The notes under the pieces were generated by a model, which worked only from the letters and a program-made list of their open reading frames with translations, had not been told where the DNA came from and made no database searches. Both the position numbers and the translations under genes were made by a program. From Euglena gracilis (Eukaryota): 64,000 nucleotides of DNA. Below are positions 1-24,719 of this stretch, one piece after another; position 1 is the first letter of the stretch, and every line of letters starts with the position of its first letter. The stretch spans positions 6,521,425 through 6,585,424 of the forward strand of contig CP154954.1 in the NCBI GenBank assembly GCA_039621445.1. Direction: 5' to 3'.

Positions 1-238
1 ACCGCAAAAATGGAATCCTGCCGAGGAGGTTACCTGCCGGAGGCTCCAGGGAGGCTCAGGTAACCAGCCTCCAGGGAGGCTCCGCTCCAGGGAGCCTCCA
101 GGGAGGCTCCAAGGAGGCTCCAGGGAGGCTTAGGTACTAAAATACTTAGTACTTAGGTACGTAGGTAACCAGCCCCCCTGGAGCCTCCCCGGAGGGAGGC
201 TCCAAGGAGGCTCAGGTAACCAGCTTTGTACACAGGCC
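1..238. repeat. GGAGGCTCCAGGGAGG/GGTTACC repeat block, related block at 2099-2213
   Basis: tttgtacacaggcc at ~225-238 is the reverse complement of ggcctgtgtacaaa at 2099; both blocks share the same internal motifs. Confidence 0.7.
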
Positions 239-524
239 GACAATAGGACAGGTGGAGTGCAGTGATGCAATGCGTGGTGCTGCAGACTCGGAATGCATGA
301 ATCAGCAGTTGCTCACCAGGGGGGGAGGGGAGCGGGGGAAGGGGGGGGGCGGCCTGCCCCGCTCCCCAATAACAAAATCATTTGTATGGACAAATTTTGG
401 CCAACAACGCGTCAGCTGTCGACGGGTAAACGGTGTGATGCAACTGCAGCAGACTTCGCCTTTCATGTCATGTAACCGAAAAATTGGCGGACGGTGCATA
501 TGCTTTCATCATATACATCCTGTG

Positions 525-1838
525 TTAATGCTTTGAATGAAATGAACACCCACAGAGAGCAACTCCTCCGACCGCGATTTCGACAGTGGATATGGACTCC
601 GCTGAAGGAGACCTCTTGACGGGGCGCTTCTGCTTACGCTTCTTCCGGTCACTCTTGGGAGGGGGGATGGGTGGCTGTTCCTGCACACTGTCAGTGTGTT
701 GAGCTGGTGGTTGTATCACGTCCTGTGACACCAAATCCCGCAGCCTTCGGCGCTTCCGGAGGGGAGGTATTGGGGTGTTGTCTGTTGGGGTTGCAAACAC
801 TGGCTGGGGGGACATGTCAAACTCCACCGACGCAAGTGGCACGCAATTGTCCAGGAGACTGCACCGTTGAGTTTCCTGTGACCGGAAGAAGATAAGGGTG
901 TGTATAGCGTATATAGGTGTGAGGTATTAGTTTGGCAGGGACACAATGGATTCAGAGCCATCAGTCCCCTCGGAGTCCGCGTCTTCGGCCGTGGTCTCCT
1001 CCCAGGTCAATTGGCTGAAATTAACCGGCAGGGCTTCTGTGGTTGTTCCTTTCTGCAGAGCTGTACGATGCATGTCCTTCAGCAGAGCCCTCAGCACACG
1101 GGTCACCCATGCTGCAGTGCGGGCGTTTCCCAGCTTGGAAATGGCGATCCAGCGTGGAACGTTCCGGAATCTCCCCATGACAATGTTGGCAAAATTGACC
1201 AGACTTCACCCCGTACCATGCGGAGACGTTGCACCTGTTGTGGTTCAGGGCCTCATGTGTCCATGGCAGCCGGAGTCATTGTTGGGAACTCCAAGATGGA
1301 GTATTCCACGAGCGCGCGATCAGGTCCAACCACATGGTGTTTATGTCCAAGTCCTTCCGACCCGTCAGTCCATGATGCTCGCGCAGTTGCGCATGGAAGG
1401 ACTCACAGATGTTTGTCCCTGGGGAGTGGTCTGCAGGAGTTTGACGAAGGGCCACCACGGCTCCCAAATAATCAGCACTGGCATCGCAATAGAAGGTCCA
1501 GACGTTCTTGATGTGCTCAGGCTACAGCAGACCAGTGTGTGTTTCATGGACCATCTGATGACGCACGTCCAGGTGCAGGGTGGTGTCGAGGTCCAAGGCG
1601 GTTCCCATTTTTTGAAACATGGATAAGAAACCCTTCAACGTGTCGCCACAGGTGGCCATTGTTGCTGGTGATATAGCCACAAACACCACAACAATTTCAC
1701 TGGCCCACACCGACAATGGCACCCCGATTGTGCTATGTCTTGAGGCGAGGCAACGTCTGCCCCAACCACCCTTTCCGCAGCACACACCTGTCCGTCGGCC
1801 ATCCGAACCCGCTTGGCAGCAGGCGCCTCAGTGGCCAT
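525..1838 (-). pseudogene. Degenerate transposase-like ORF (possibly Mutator/MULE-type)
   Basis: Frameshifted ORF fragments including HLDVRHQM and GTNICESFHAQLR (resembles the MULE TNxxESxH motif), followed by an acidic/basic tail. Flanked by inverted GGCCTGTGTACAAA-containing repeat blocks (1-238 and 2099-2213). Confidence 0.4.
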
Positions 1839-2578
1839 TGCAAGACAAAAGAAGCTGCGAAAGAGGATGCGCACAATGCAACCGACACGTGATTTGTGTG
1901 TGTAAGCATATAAATACATGAATGATGACATGAATGCGATGTTTTCAAACGGAAAGCACTGCCACAGGGACGGACTTCTCCAGAAATGCGCAAAACTGTC
2001 CAGGTGCAATTGCCATGCAGGTGCCATTGAGGTGACAAGAGACAGGTGTGCGTGCTCTGTGCTGTGGTGCTGTGATGCAGAGGTGGAGTGTCGAACATGG
2101 CCTGTGTACAAAATTGGTTACCTGCCGGAGGCTCCAGGGAGGCTCCTCGGGTAACCAGGGAGTCTCAGGTGACCAGCCTCCAGGGAGCCTCCCTGGAGGC
2201 TCCAGGTAACCAAAAGTGAGGATTCCAAATTTTCTGGGACCAGGAGCGTGGAGCATCCACTCACAGCCATGCAATTTCCCATCACTGATCACATCCCGGG
2301 TTCCACTCTTCCAAAAACCAGTCAGTCTTTTATTCCTTGGAAGACACTCTGGAAGCCGAGGGGAAAATGACCGAAAATGTGAAAAAAAAAACAACCCAAA
2401 AGGTTTTTTCTGGTGCCTTCGGTGCAGGGTGACTTCAGTGGTTTTTTCCCAACCCCCCAGGGGTGGGATGAGGGCCAGAAACCAGTCGTTCACTCTGAAA
2501 AGCCAGTCCCAATCACTGCTGGGTCAGCCAGTGACTAAGTGATTAAATGCTCACCGCTCAAGGCGGCAACCCCTGGCT

Positions 2579-13550
<10,972 letters not shown>

Positions 13551-14909
13551 GTTGCTTCCGGGGCCAAAAAAAAAATGGTAATCTCAATGCACAATCCGAA
13601 ATGTTCGCAAAGAACCCTTGTGCAGGATGCTGCCATCCATTCTTGTGCCTGCTTTTCAGCCCCTTCATTCTGTTCCCCGTGAAGCCTGGCCTCCCTTTGC
13701 AAACAATCATACCACAGAGCTTCAACAATGCCACACAGCTCCTCCCCCCAAAGACTTTCCACCAGAGAGAGCACCCAGCCGAGATTCCACTCATTCAATT
13801 CGTAACACTGATTTCCTTTGGCACCATCTTCAAAATATGCCAGAGGCAACCTTGTTGCTGGGTGTGCTGGGGGACATGATCAGTTCTGAGAGATGTGTGC
13901 ATTGGGGCTGAGGAAACCTGGGATTTTGTTTGATGGAGTTCCCGGTGCTCATCCCTCCTTGCAAATCCCCCGAGCCATGTAGTATGGAGAACCACATGTG
14001 GAGGAGGCACCCTCTGCACAGCATTGCTTACCGGGGGAAGCGGGGGGGTCAATTTCCCTTTCAAAAAAACGTCACTTTTCAAAACCCAGCTTCCTCCTTC
14101 ACGGGGCGGAGGGGTCACTTTGGTCTCTCAGGATGAAATAGCTCAAGAAATCAATGCGTTTTGGCCGAACCCCATTGGTAACAAACCGAAAGTGGTCCAC
14201 CCGGAGCCAAAGGCATGGGACATTGTATCGGCAAAAAAAAAATTGATTTAGTGTCCCTTAGGACTGAGGGAAATCCTTAGGGGAGGTCCGAAATCCAGCC
14301 TAAATCAGCCAAAAATGCTGAAAAAAATCGGCCAAATCTGACCCATGGCGCACCCCCTGGGGGGGGGTCCAGAGGCCTCCAACCAGGGTGTTTTTTTTAT
14401 GGGGGGGGGTCCACCTCAGAGGCTGGAAAATTTGGGCTGGGTGGAAAAAGGCAGCTGGCTGACCCCCCTCACCCCTGGGCTGGAACTGGGCCCGACCAGG
14501 GGTCGAACCAGGAACTAAAAAAATCGAAAGTGAAAAAAAAAATGTCCCAAAAACTGCCAGCTATAAAAAAAAAATCGACTTTTTGACCCCAAAAATGTCC
14601 TGGACAGCCAAATCTGACCCATCTTCGCCCATTTTTGACCCATTTTTTGTCCATTTTTGACCCACAAAAGCGAAAAATCTGTTGCCGTCCAGCCAACGAA
14701 GGGTGCTTGGAAATAAATCTCGTTGAGGGGGGGAAAGGGAGGGGGTCCCGGGCTGGAAAAAGGCTGCTGGCTGGCTGGACCCCCCCAGAGGGTCAAATTT
14801 TCTTAAGCTACGCCCTGCCCACACACGCGAACCCCCCGGGGGTCACACGGCGTTAAATGAATCTATGATCCAGGTGACCAGGCTCCTCCCAGACCAGTTG
14901 CCTTCCCAT

Positions 14910-15280
14910 CAGGCCATTGCTTAAAGACCCCAGGGTAGCCATTTTGTTAAACACTGGAAAAAATAGACTTCCTCCCCCGGTCTGGGGCGTCCCCCCAACT
15001 GGAAAAAAATTTCTCTGGTGCTGCCGAGGTGAAAATGAGGTTATAAATATGTTTTTTGGCTGATTTTGTTCCAAAAATCCAACAATGACCAACAATGGGC
15101 ATTTCTTGGCAAGTTTTGAATAAAAAAATCCGGTGCTTCTGGAGGAAAATTTTTCCACTAGCTGGCCCTGCTAGCGGACTCCCCCCCTGGAGTCTACTAG
15201 AATTTCCACTGGCCAAATTTGGACTAGCTGCAGTCCACCCCCCCCCAAGGGGGTACTGCGAACCCTTAAACAATGGCCTG
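14910..15280. mobile_element. hAT-like MITE (CAGGCCATTG...CAATGGCCTG)
   Basis: Perfect 8-bp TSD cttcccat; same family as 24190-24719. Confidence 0.88.
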
Positions 15281-15532
15281 CTTCCCATACAATCACCCCA
15301 AAGCTGTGGCAGAGGGACATGCAACAAGGCACCTCAAAATATTCGATACAGAAAATGTAAACAATGCAAAACAAAATGCAAAAAAAACATGCAAAAAATG
15401 CAAGTTCCAAACAAAGTCCTTCAGGAGCTCCGGGTCGTACACTTCTCTGCTGGAGACGACAGGAGAGGAGGATTTTCTTTCCACCTCCACCGAGGAAAAT
15501 GCTTCATTGTGATCATCAAGATTATTAGTTAT

Positions 15533-15647
15533 CAGGGGTTTTCTTCAGAACTCCGGGGGGGGGGGGTCCCGCGGGCCAGCTGGAAAAAGGTGCTGGCTGG
15601 CTGGGGGGGGGGGGGGGGCAGCTCCCTTCCGGCTTTGAAAACCCCTG
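15533..15647. mobile_element. hAT-like MITE (CAGGGGTTTT...AAAACCCCTG)
   Basis: Perfect 8-bp TSD ttagttat. Confidence 0.88.
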
Positions 15648-16734
15648 TTAGTTATGCAGCATGTGCTTGTGCTGTAGTGATTATGGTGCATGGTTGGACA
15701 ATTATTCGGCCAGTTTTTTCACCGATGACAAATGAATCAACGGTAACGGTGACATTATGCGGGTTTGCACAGGTTTTCATTTGGCATTGTTTTTCTGCTG
15801 ATTTTTGACGTTTTGGGGGAATTTTTCTTCAAAAAGCAATGTCCTTTTTTGCTTCTGTTTGTCGCATTGCATGCATTCATATTTCATTTGGCAACAGCTT
15901 TTAATGCAAAAATGGTCCCAACTTGGTATTCAACTTCCAGCTGTCTGGTGGAACAGCGATTTCCCTTGTAATCCACCACCACAAAATATCAAAGTATTGG
16001 AAGGGCAAATTATGCAAAAGAAACTTGCAAAAAAATGCGATTTTTTGTAAAATTTTCGCAATGCATGCATAATGCAACTTGAATATCTCCCGCCTGAAAC
16101 AAAAATCAGCACTAACTGTTTTGCCTGGTATGCCACACATGAAATAACTGCTCAATTTCAATACGTCCCAAAGTACCCTGGGCCCATCGTCATTTTACAC
16201 AGAAGCATGGGATAGGTGCAGACACAATCCCCTCACACCTGGAGTGGGATTTAGCTGCAGTTACAAAGTAATGGTCAGCTTCCAAGGAGGCAAAGGGGTG
16301 AGGGAAAGATCAACGGAGACAAGAGTGCAGGGTTTGGTAACAGACAAACAGGGAACAAACTGTTAAATGCAACTCTGGAGAATGGGTTTTTTGACAGTGC
16401 TTTTGAAACAATCAATTTTTGAGACTTTTTGACACTGTTACAGTGTTTTTTGAAATTTTGGCAGTCCTCTATGACAAGGGGTCTGGGCCCTGTTGTTTTA
16501 CACAGTGACACCCAAGTTTCGGCAGTCCCAGGAACAACCCGTTTTTTTGGGGAGGCTGATGTGCCGAGTGAGAAAAATGAGGTTGAGGGATATGGTCAGG
16601 GTTTCGATTTCGACTGAAATCTATGGCCGAAATTCAGTGATACTTTTTGGCTGCGGGTTAAAGCTAAAATGTGGCCCAATTTATCAGGATTTCGGCCTAA
16701 CTTCTGGCTGAAAATCCAAATCCTAACGCTAATC

Positions 16735-18196
16735 CAGGGTTTCCCTCCCATTTGTGGTGGGGACCGCCATTTCTGATTCGTGATTATTCGTGATTATTTG
16801 TGATTATTCGTGGTTCCAAAAATCCGCCCGGTTTTCAGCTAAATGATGGACTGCTGGGATGCCGGCAGGAAGCAGGGCGGTCTTTAAGCAAAAAAAAAAA
16901 TCCCGTCCCGACACATTCAATGAAAAATCCATAGGGAAAAATGACCCAAATAGTGGCCATATTTTGGCAAAAAAAAACGGGTCGACTTCGGGGAAAAAAA
17001 GTGATTTCATCCTTGAATTGTCGTCCATCCACCCAAAACGTCAATAAGTGTGTTTTTCGACTTTTGAACCCCTTTTCAAATCCCTGGTCGCCCTTCGCCG
17101 GCCCTTGGTCGGCCCTTAGGCCGGGGGGCGGTCCTTAACGGAAAAAAAACTTCCCGTCCCTTATGGACCGCCCTAGCAACAGGGCGTTGCTTAAGGACCC
17201 CCAGGGGGGGGGGTCCAGCTCAGAGGTTTGAAAATTTGGGCTGGCTGGAAAAAAGCTGCCGATTTTTCGACCCGAAATTTGGGCTGGCCAGCCCAAATCT
17301 GACCCATGTTGCCCATTTTTCGTCGATGGGGGGGAGGGGAGGGTAAAGGCTGCTGGCTGGAAAAAGGCTGCTGGCTGGCTGGACCCCCCCAGGGGGGCCA
17401 GGGTCAAATTTTCTTGAGCTACGCCCTGCATGGCAGGAAGAACAATGCTTTTAGGATTGGAAATGCCCCCCCCCTGGGGAGTCGCTAAAATGGCCAATGC
17501 TCATCTCCGACCAGGGGGGGGGGGAGGGTGATCATTGGACAAGGGGGGGAGGGGGAGGTGGACCCCAAGTCAGAGGAAAATTGACCGAAGATGGGGGTAT
17601 ATGGCCATTTTGGGCTGTTTTTGGCCATTCTTGCCATTTCTTGACTATGGTTGGCATTTTTGGCCACCTTTAGGTCATTTTGGTCATTTTTCACTGTTTT
17701 TGGCCAACGTTTAGCAATTTTGGCCGAACCAACATCATATGTATGCAAAAAGTTCATCTCTGACCAGGGGGAGGGGGTGGTCGTCAGACAAGCCCGGCGT
17801 TGGACAAGGGGGGGGGTACAAAAAGTTGCCAACGGTGTACCTATGCATCATCATTGTGTGAGCGTTCCATTGTCCAAACAAACCCCTTTTGGCTGAAAAC
17901 ATGATCCATCACAAAAGCAGAAAGCAAAGTCGCTCGCGGCCAGTTGTTGCGCAACAGTGAAGCGGTCTCAAACTCATCATCAGAATCCGAAGAAGACATT
18001 TTCTAAAGAACAAATAAAACACAATTCCGAATGCTGAATGACTACCGTTGCAAAGAAACAAAATTCCCAGGAAAAAAATCTCATTTGTGTTTATTCGTGA
18101 TATTCGTGATTATTCGTGATTTTCGGAAAATCCGAAATTCGTGGTGATTCGTGATTATTCGTGATCATTCGTGCCACGAATCAGAGGGAATCCCTG
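16735..18196. mobile_element. CAGGG...CCCTG element with ATTCGTGATT subterminal repeats and nested insertions
   Basis: Terminal inverted repeats and flanking direct repeat gctaatc. Contains a nested CAGGGCG...CGCCCTG MITE at 17180-17428. Confidence 0.65.
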
Positions 18197-19722
18197 GCTA
18201 ATCTTAATCCTAACCCCGATCCTTTTCATGAGGATATGCCGCACCCACCTCCACGCAGCAGAAACGACCGGAATTCCCCCAGCCATGGGCCAAAATCGCT
18301 CATCAGTCCCATTTGCATGATGTAGAGGGGGTGACGCCCCCCCCCCGCCCCGCCGTGGGGGCCCACTGGTGTGAGACTGCCATACTAATGGCAATACTAG
18401 TAATAGAGACATACCAGAAGTAGAGCCCACAAAATTGCCGCCTTTCTTTAAATTTTGGCAGAGGATTTGAGAGGGTGAAATGGCATTTGGTGCAGCTGGG
18501 CTGTTTCGTGAATTATGTCAAAAAAGTTTCAAATAAAATGTCATTTTTGTTCCAAAAACCCTGTCAAAATGTGTATCAAACTCTGTTGGTTGATTCGTTC
18601 CCAGAATAGAGGGTGCATAATAACAGTAAAAGTGGGTCCGCCCAACTAGCGGGCTGGGGGGGGGGCATTGCCACCTAAACGGTAGCATGACCAAAAAATC
18701 ATTTTTTGGCTGGGTTTTTGCTGAAACATTTTTCTGATTATCCCGGGACCTGATGCAAAAACAGAATGTTGCCAATATGCAAAAACTTCAACCAGAATTG
18801 AACTGGACAGCCCAATTCCCAATATTCTCCCCCACCCCAGACAAACTGCGCTCCCTGTGTGCACTGCAGCTGTTTTTTTTTTGGGGTGCCCTTTATCCCC
18901 TCTTCTGGCCTGGCACTTTTGTCCGCTTCTGGCCCTTTTGTCGGTGTTTAGGGAGGTGGCGGGAGATTGGCGGGTCTTACCTTGTGTACTTTGCCACCAA
19001 GCGCCCGCCAAGCACATGCGCAAGCACATGCACTCCCCCAGTGGACGTTCAGGGCTTTGCCGAAATGCATACATTTTTGGGAATTTTTTTGGTAAAATCC
19101 TGCAAAAAAACTTCTTCCTTTTTTCTGTTTAAACCTTTGTCTTTTCTAGACAAAAAAGAGAAATAATGACCCTATTTAGAGGGTCTTCTTTATACCAAAC
19201 TCCGCAAAGGTGTTACAAAAGAGCAATTGGAGCGGAGGGCAGGTCAGACATAGACACTACGGACTTCGCTTGATGATCTGGTGTGGGATGCTCCGCCTTC
19301 ATTAAATCAACGTCCCGCTATTATAAATTAGTTAAAAATAATTATTAATTAAGCATCGCTAAGATTTTGATGATAATTAATCGCGGCATCAATTTAAAAC
19401 TAAATCCAAAAAGTTCCCCAACATCACTCACATCTTTGCTGTTGTTCCTTTTATTTTTATCACTGGCTATCATCGTCAGAGGAGATTGTTTGAAAATCGC
19501 TTGTAAAAACATTTTCCAATCAGTGATCTCCCTCCTCCTTTGGGGGGGGGGGAGAACCCCAAATCAAATATTCAACAAAAATCAATCAAATGGGAGGTGG
19601 GGTGGGGTGCAAATCATATATGCTGTTTGCCATATGTGGAACACAATCAAAAAAATATCAATGAACAATAACATGTTTTTTGAACTTTGAAATAAACTTT
19701 CCAGAGAAGAAATACCCCACAC

Positions 19723-19949
19723 CAGAGGTTTTTTAGGATATGGGGGGGGCGGACCCACCTACCCACCCCCTGGGGGGGGGGGGGGCTCGGGGGGGGGACC
19801 CACTTTGGGGGGGTCAATTTTGGAGTCCAAAAATTTTCAGCGCTTCGCGACGAAAATAGAAGAAACCCCCACCTCTGGGGGGCGAGGAGGCTCGGCCAGG
19901 ACCCAATCCCCCCCCCCCCGGGTCACAAAACTTAAAAAAATAATCTCTG
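19723..19949. mobile_element. CAGAG...CTCTG MITE
   Basis: TIR with degenerate flanking repeat cccacac/cccagac. Confidence 0.55.
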
Positions 19950-22900
19950 CCCAGACACACCTGTGATTGAATTTTACGTCCAGAGAGGCAAATGCGCGTC
20001 CCACACACGATGGAGCACAAGTCCTTTCCTGATGCTATGCATGGTACCACCCCTTCTGAATCCTGGGTGTTCAAACCAGACAAAAACTCCAATCCAACCA
20101 CCATCCTGGCCAATCCTCTCAGGCCTCTCAGGGCCACAATTGTTTCCCACCCTGATAGGACATACATGAGTATGAGAGGAATGATATGTCTCCCCCCCTC
20201 CCCGTTCAGTGGCCACGGCCCGACCAGGTTGGCCCCAAGATTCCATGGCCAAGTTGACTGAACGTGGTCCGAGGAGGGGGTGTTCCTTGCTGGGTGAGAG
20301 CACTCCCACAGACATACTTGCATTCTTTGGGAGGAGAGGTGCCAAACCTTCAAACCTTCTTGGGCAAGGGGATGTTCAATGGACACAGGGGAGGGGTGAC
20401 CCTCCCCCCTAATAGAAGTGCGGGGCCACTACAAGCGCAGGGTCCAAACAAAAGCGCAGCCCCCGCCACCAAAGGCAGCGGTCCGCTACAAGCGCACCCC
20501 CCATTTTGATGGGTTGTCTAAAGGAAATCAATAATAAAAAATCGTGCAGGCAGGGTCCAAATAGAAGCGCACCCCCCGCCGCTGGAGGCGGCGGTCCGCA
20601 AAAGCGCACAAATGCTTCTATTATCTTACACTCCGATCAAGGGCTGTGGATTTGTGGGCAGGGGAAAGCTTGAGCGGTACTGTTGGGGTCGATTGCTTGG
20701 GGGTTAACTTGGGATTGAGCAAGTTCATCCGAAGGCAATATTCCTTCCCTGTTTTCCTCGGTGTCTACAACCCAAGAACAAACAAGGTCAAAATGGGATG
20801 AAAAGGAGTGTTCGGACAGTGAGAGCAGTGGGAGATGAAAGCAGGTTCACTTTGGTGAATGGTCATCCGAGAGGCACACTTTAGCCACTGCGGGGTTAAT
20901 TAGGCAAGGTCCGCTGCTGTCGAAATCAACATCACTTTGTTCACTCCATCACTTCGCCGCTCGCAGCTTGAAAGACTGAAAGGGATGACAAGTTGAAAAA
21001 AGAGGCTCATTGCGGGAAATTGGCCGTGGAACTTTTGGTGGTCGCTGGCGACCGGTCGCTAGCGACCGTTGGTCATGGTCGACCGACCACTGGTGGTCGG
21101 AGCGACCGGTCGCTAGCAGCCACCAAAATTTCGACCACCCCCCTTCAGAAAATTTTTAAGCCCCCCCCCCCATTGGGATGTAATGCAAAAACCCCCCGTT
21201 GTACTGCAAAACGATGCTACCAGGGCCAGGCGCGCATAATACCACGCGCACCGTAAACAAAACAGTCCTAAGGCGCCTTCGGCGCCCTTGGTCGTCTAGC
21301 GGGGGGGGGGGGGGCTGCCCCCCCCCCCCGGCCCTCCAATAACAAAATCCCCTCTGGGGGACCCAGGATCAGGCGCGCATGTAATACCACGCACACCGTA
21401 AACAAACAGTCCTAAGTTGCCTTCGGCGCCCTTGGTCGTCTAGGGGGGGGGGGGGCCCCCCCACCCACCCCCCCGCCCCGCTTCAACTAACCAAATCCCC
21501 TCCGGGGAGGTTAACCGACCCAGGGCCAGGCGGCCTTGTACTGCACCGCACGTAAACAAACAGTCCTAAGGCGCTTTCGGCGCCCTTGAGTCGTCTAGCG
21601 GTGGGGGGGGGCTTGCCCGCACCCCCCCCCCCCCCGCCCCCCCCCCCCCCCCACCCCCGCCTCTCCAATAACAAAATCCCCTCTGGGGGGGTAACTGACC
21701 CAGGGCCAGGCGCGCATGTACCCTCACCCCCCCCCCAAACTGGGCCCCGAGCGGATTTCCGCTGGTCGTCCTTGTGGTGGTCGGCCCGACCAGGGAGGTC
21801 GGCCCGACCTGGTCGGCCTGACCAGGGAGGTCGGCCCGACCACCATTTTTTTGCACTACCCCCCCCCTTTCTGGAGATTTAAGCCCCCCCACCCTGAAAA
21901 AAACTTCTGTACAAACCACCCCAACACCAGTCAAAACCCAATTAAATGGCTCCAGAACCCCCAAGCGCGGGTTTTCCCACGTGATTCCACCGCGGGTTTT
22001 TCGGGGGCACAAAAGGAACTTAATCAGCGGTTCGGTATGGGAATATGCAAAAAAAAAAGGTGTGTTCCAACATGGGGATTTTTTATTTGGACGAGGATCG
22101 CTTAAGTGGTGGCAAAAAACGGGCGGGGGGGGGGGGGGGGGGGGGGGGGGGATGCCCATTTTGGGCCACTTTTGGCAAAAGAACACCTCTCCCCATCGGA
22201 TTTTCAATATAATTTCAAAATTTTGCACAAAAAGGACTTAGCACTCAAGTATGTTTCCAACATAGAGGGGATTTTGTTATTTGAGGGGGGGGCGGGGGGC
22301 GGAGCCCCCCCCCCCCGCCTATGCCAAAATGAGCCACACAAAAAAAACTTAGCCCCCGAGTATGTTGCCAACTCAGAAGGGATTTTGTTATTTCAGGTTC
22401 GGATTGGGGTGGAGGGAGGAGTTTCCTGCCTCTCGTAATGCAGAATGCTTGCATTCCTAAAGGATTTTCATGTAATCCCTGTTTCATCATTGGTTTATCC
22501 CTCCGGACCCCCATCAAGGGCCCACCGACCCCCACCGACCAAAGATTTCCATCTGGGGGTGTTTATGTTGGTGTAAGGCACTGATTTGGACCCGTCCGGA
22601 CCATTTCCAGGTGATTTGGGCCCGCCACGGACCATTTTTATGACCACCGACTAGCCACCACTTGTTTGCATAGGATTTTCTTCATGGGGGGAGGGGACTT
22701 GAATGTCGGCGGTACTGACCCGTTAGTACATTAGAATGGGTAGTCGGCCGACTACCCAATACCCCCTCCACCCCGTCTTGCCGACTAGCTACCGACCATT
22801 AGTCGGCCGACTACCCCCCCCCCCCAGTCTACCGCCATGCGCCCCGAAGGCCGCCTAGCCGAAGGCCGAACGCCGCGCAGCGGCCGAGGGCCGCCGCAGC

Positions 22901-23109
22901 GGCCGAAGGCCGCGGCAATTCAGAACCCGAAAGTCGGCCGACTACCCAATACCCCCCCACCCCGTCTCGCCGACTAGCTACTTAGTCGGCCCACCCCCCC
23001 CCCCCCCCCCAGTCTACCACCATGCGCCCCGAATGCCGCCTGGCCGAAGGCCGCTGCAATCCAGAACCTGAAAAGCTGATGATGTTATTTAAAGGCGTAG
23101 GGTTAGGGT

Positions 23110-23399
23110 CAGGCTGTTTTTTACCAACCCCGGGGGGGGGAGGGGGGGTCCGGAGTGCCTGTGAGTGCCTGCCCAGGCAGGCACTACCCCCCCCCCCGGG
23201 GGGGGGGTCGGATTTCGGCCTGTGCCCAGGCACATTCCTTTTGAAAATAGGCCTTCGGCGCCGGGGTTGTGCTAGGGCACTTTTGGCCGTGTGCCCTACC
23301 CCCCCCCCGGGGGGGGTCGGATTTGGAGTGCCTTGGGGTGCCTGCCCAGGCAGCCCCCTCCCCCGGGGTGGGGTCGGCACCCGATTAAAATACAGCCTG
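23110..23399. mobile_element. hAT-like MITE (CAGGCTG...CAGCCTG)
   Basis: Perfect 8-bp TSD gttagggt; central GGCCTTCGGCGCC hairpin; related copy at 26786-27078. Confidence 0.88.
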
Positions 23400-24189
23400 G
23401 TTAGGGTCAAGTTTCCATTCCTAACTGTCCCATCCCATCCCCTCAACGTCGTTAAATTGGTGTCTGCAGGGGACCCAGCGAACCCAAAGAGGCGCCCAAC
23501 TAGGGTTAAAAACATACCCCCCCAGGACCTCCCCCCCAGGACCCCCCCAGGACCGCCCCAGGACAGGGTCCTGGGGAGGAAACTGCCCATAAGTGCATTT
23601 CCGGGTGATTTGGGCCCGCCACAGACCATTTTTATGCCCACCGACTAGCCACCGACCAGGGGGGGGGGAGCTTAAAAGTTCAAAGGGGGGGGGGGTATTG
23701 CGGGAAAATGGTGGTCGGCCCGACCACCACAGGTCGGTCGACCACCACCACCACGACGGCGACCACCGGAAATCCGCACGGAGCCCTCAAAGTGGCCACC
23801 CTCCAGGCACCATGGGACCCCAAAATGGCCACTCTGGGGGAGGGGACACTTTGGGGGGGGGGGGGGTAATTTTTTGGGCTTTGGCGCCAAACGAAAATGG
23901 CCACTTTGAGGAGGGTAAAACAAATTTGACAAAAAAATTGGCCACTCTGAGGGGGGGACACTTTGAGGGGGGGGTGAGGGTAATGCCACCCCCCCCCCCC
24001 GCTGCCACCCCCCCGTACCCCCCCCCCGCCCATTGTGTGAATCGTGCAAGATCCTAAAAGCAGAAAAAGGAACTTTTGATATAAAATTTCATGGCTTTCT
24101 CTGGGGGAAATTTTTCCTTCACAGGGGGGGGGGGCTTAAAAATCTTCTGAGAGGGGGGTCGGATTTTTGGTGGTCGCTAGCGACCGGTC

Positions 24190-24719
24190 CAGGCATTTGC
24201 TTAAAGACCCTGGGGGGGGGGGTACTGGCTAGCCAATCGGCTATACACTGGAAAAAATGGACTACCTAGGACCCCCCTCCCCCGGGGGGGGGGTCCGGGG
24301 GGTCCCCCGAACTGGAAAAAAAATTTTCCTTCAGCGCTGCGCGCCAGAGGAAAAATGAGGTTTTTAATAGGTTTTTGGCTGATTTTGTTCCAAAAATTCC
24401 CAAAAATGGCCAAAAACGGGCATTTTTGGCCATTTTTGGGGGTCTCAAAAATTTTTCCACTAGCTAGCCCTGCTAGCAGACCCCCCCCCCCCCGGGCGGG
24501 TCTGCTAGAAATCCCACTAGCCAAATTTGGACTAGCTGCAGTCCAGCCCCCCTGTGTGCACTGTGGCTGTTTTTTTGTGGTGCCCTTTATCCCTTCTTCT
24601 GGCCTGGCACTGTTGTTCGCCTCTAGCTCTTTTTGTCTGTGTACGTGGAGGTGGCCGGAGCCTGGCGGGACCAGCCCCCCCCCCCCGGGGGGGTACTGCA
24701 ATCAGAAAGCAAATGCCTG
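24190..24719. mobile_element. hAT-like MITE (CAGGCATTTGC...GCAAATGCCTG), nested in another TIR element
   Basis: Perfect 8-bp TSD gaccggtc. Confidence 0.88.

Noticed and set aside
900-1626. Plus-strand ORFs of 203 and 226 aa
   Set aside because: Likely antisense shadows of the degenerate minus-strand transposase-like ORF.
15410-15530. Possible N-terminal permease exon (NNLDDHNEAFSSVEVERK...)
   Set aside because: No diagnostic motif and no convincing junction to the 13550 exon.
19960-20400. Coding-like degenerate segment
   Set aside because: No recognisable motif, so no assignment possible.
21566-24057. Several 150-220-aa Gly/Pro-rich ORFs
   Set aside because: Arise from G/C homopolymer-rich MITEs; no domain signal.
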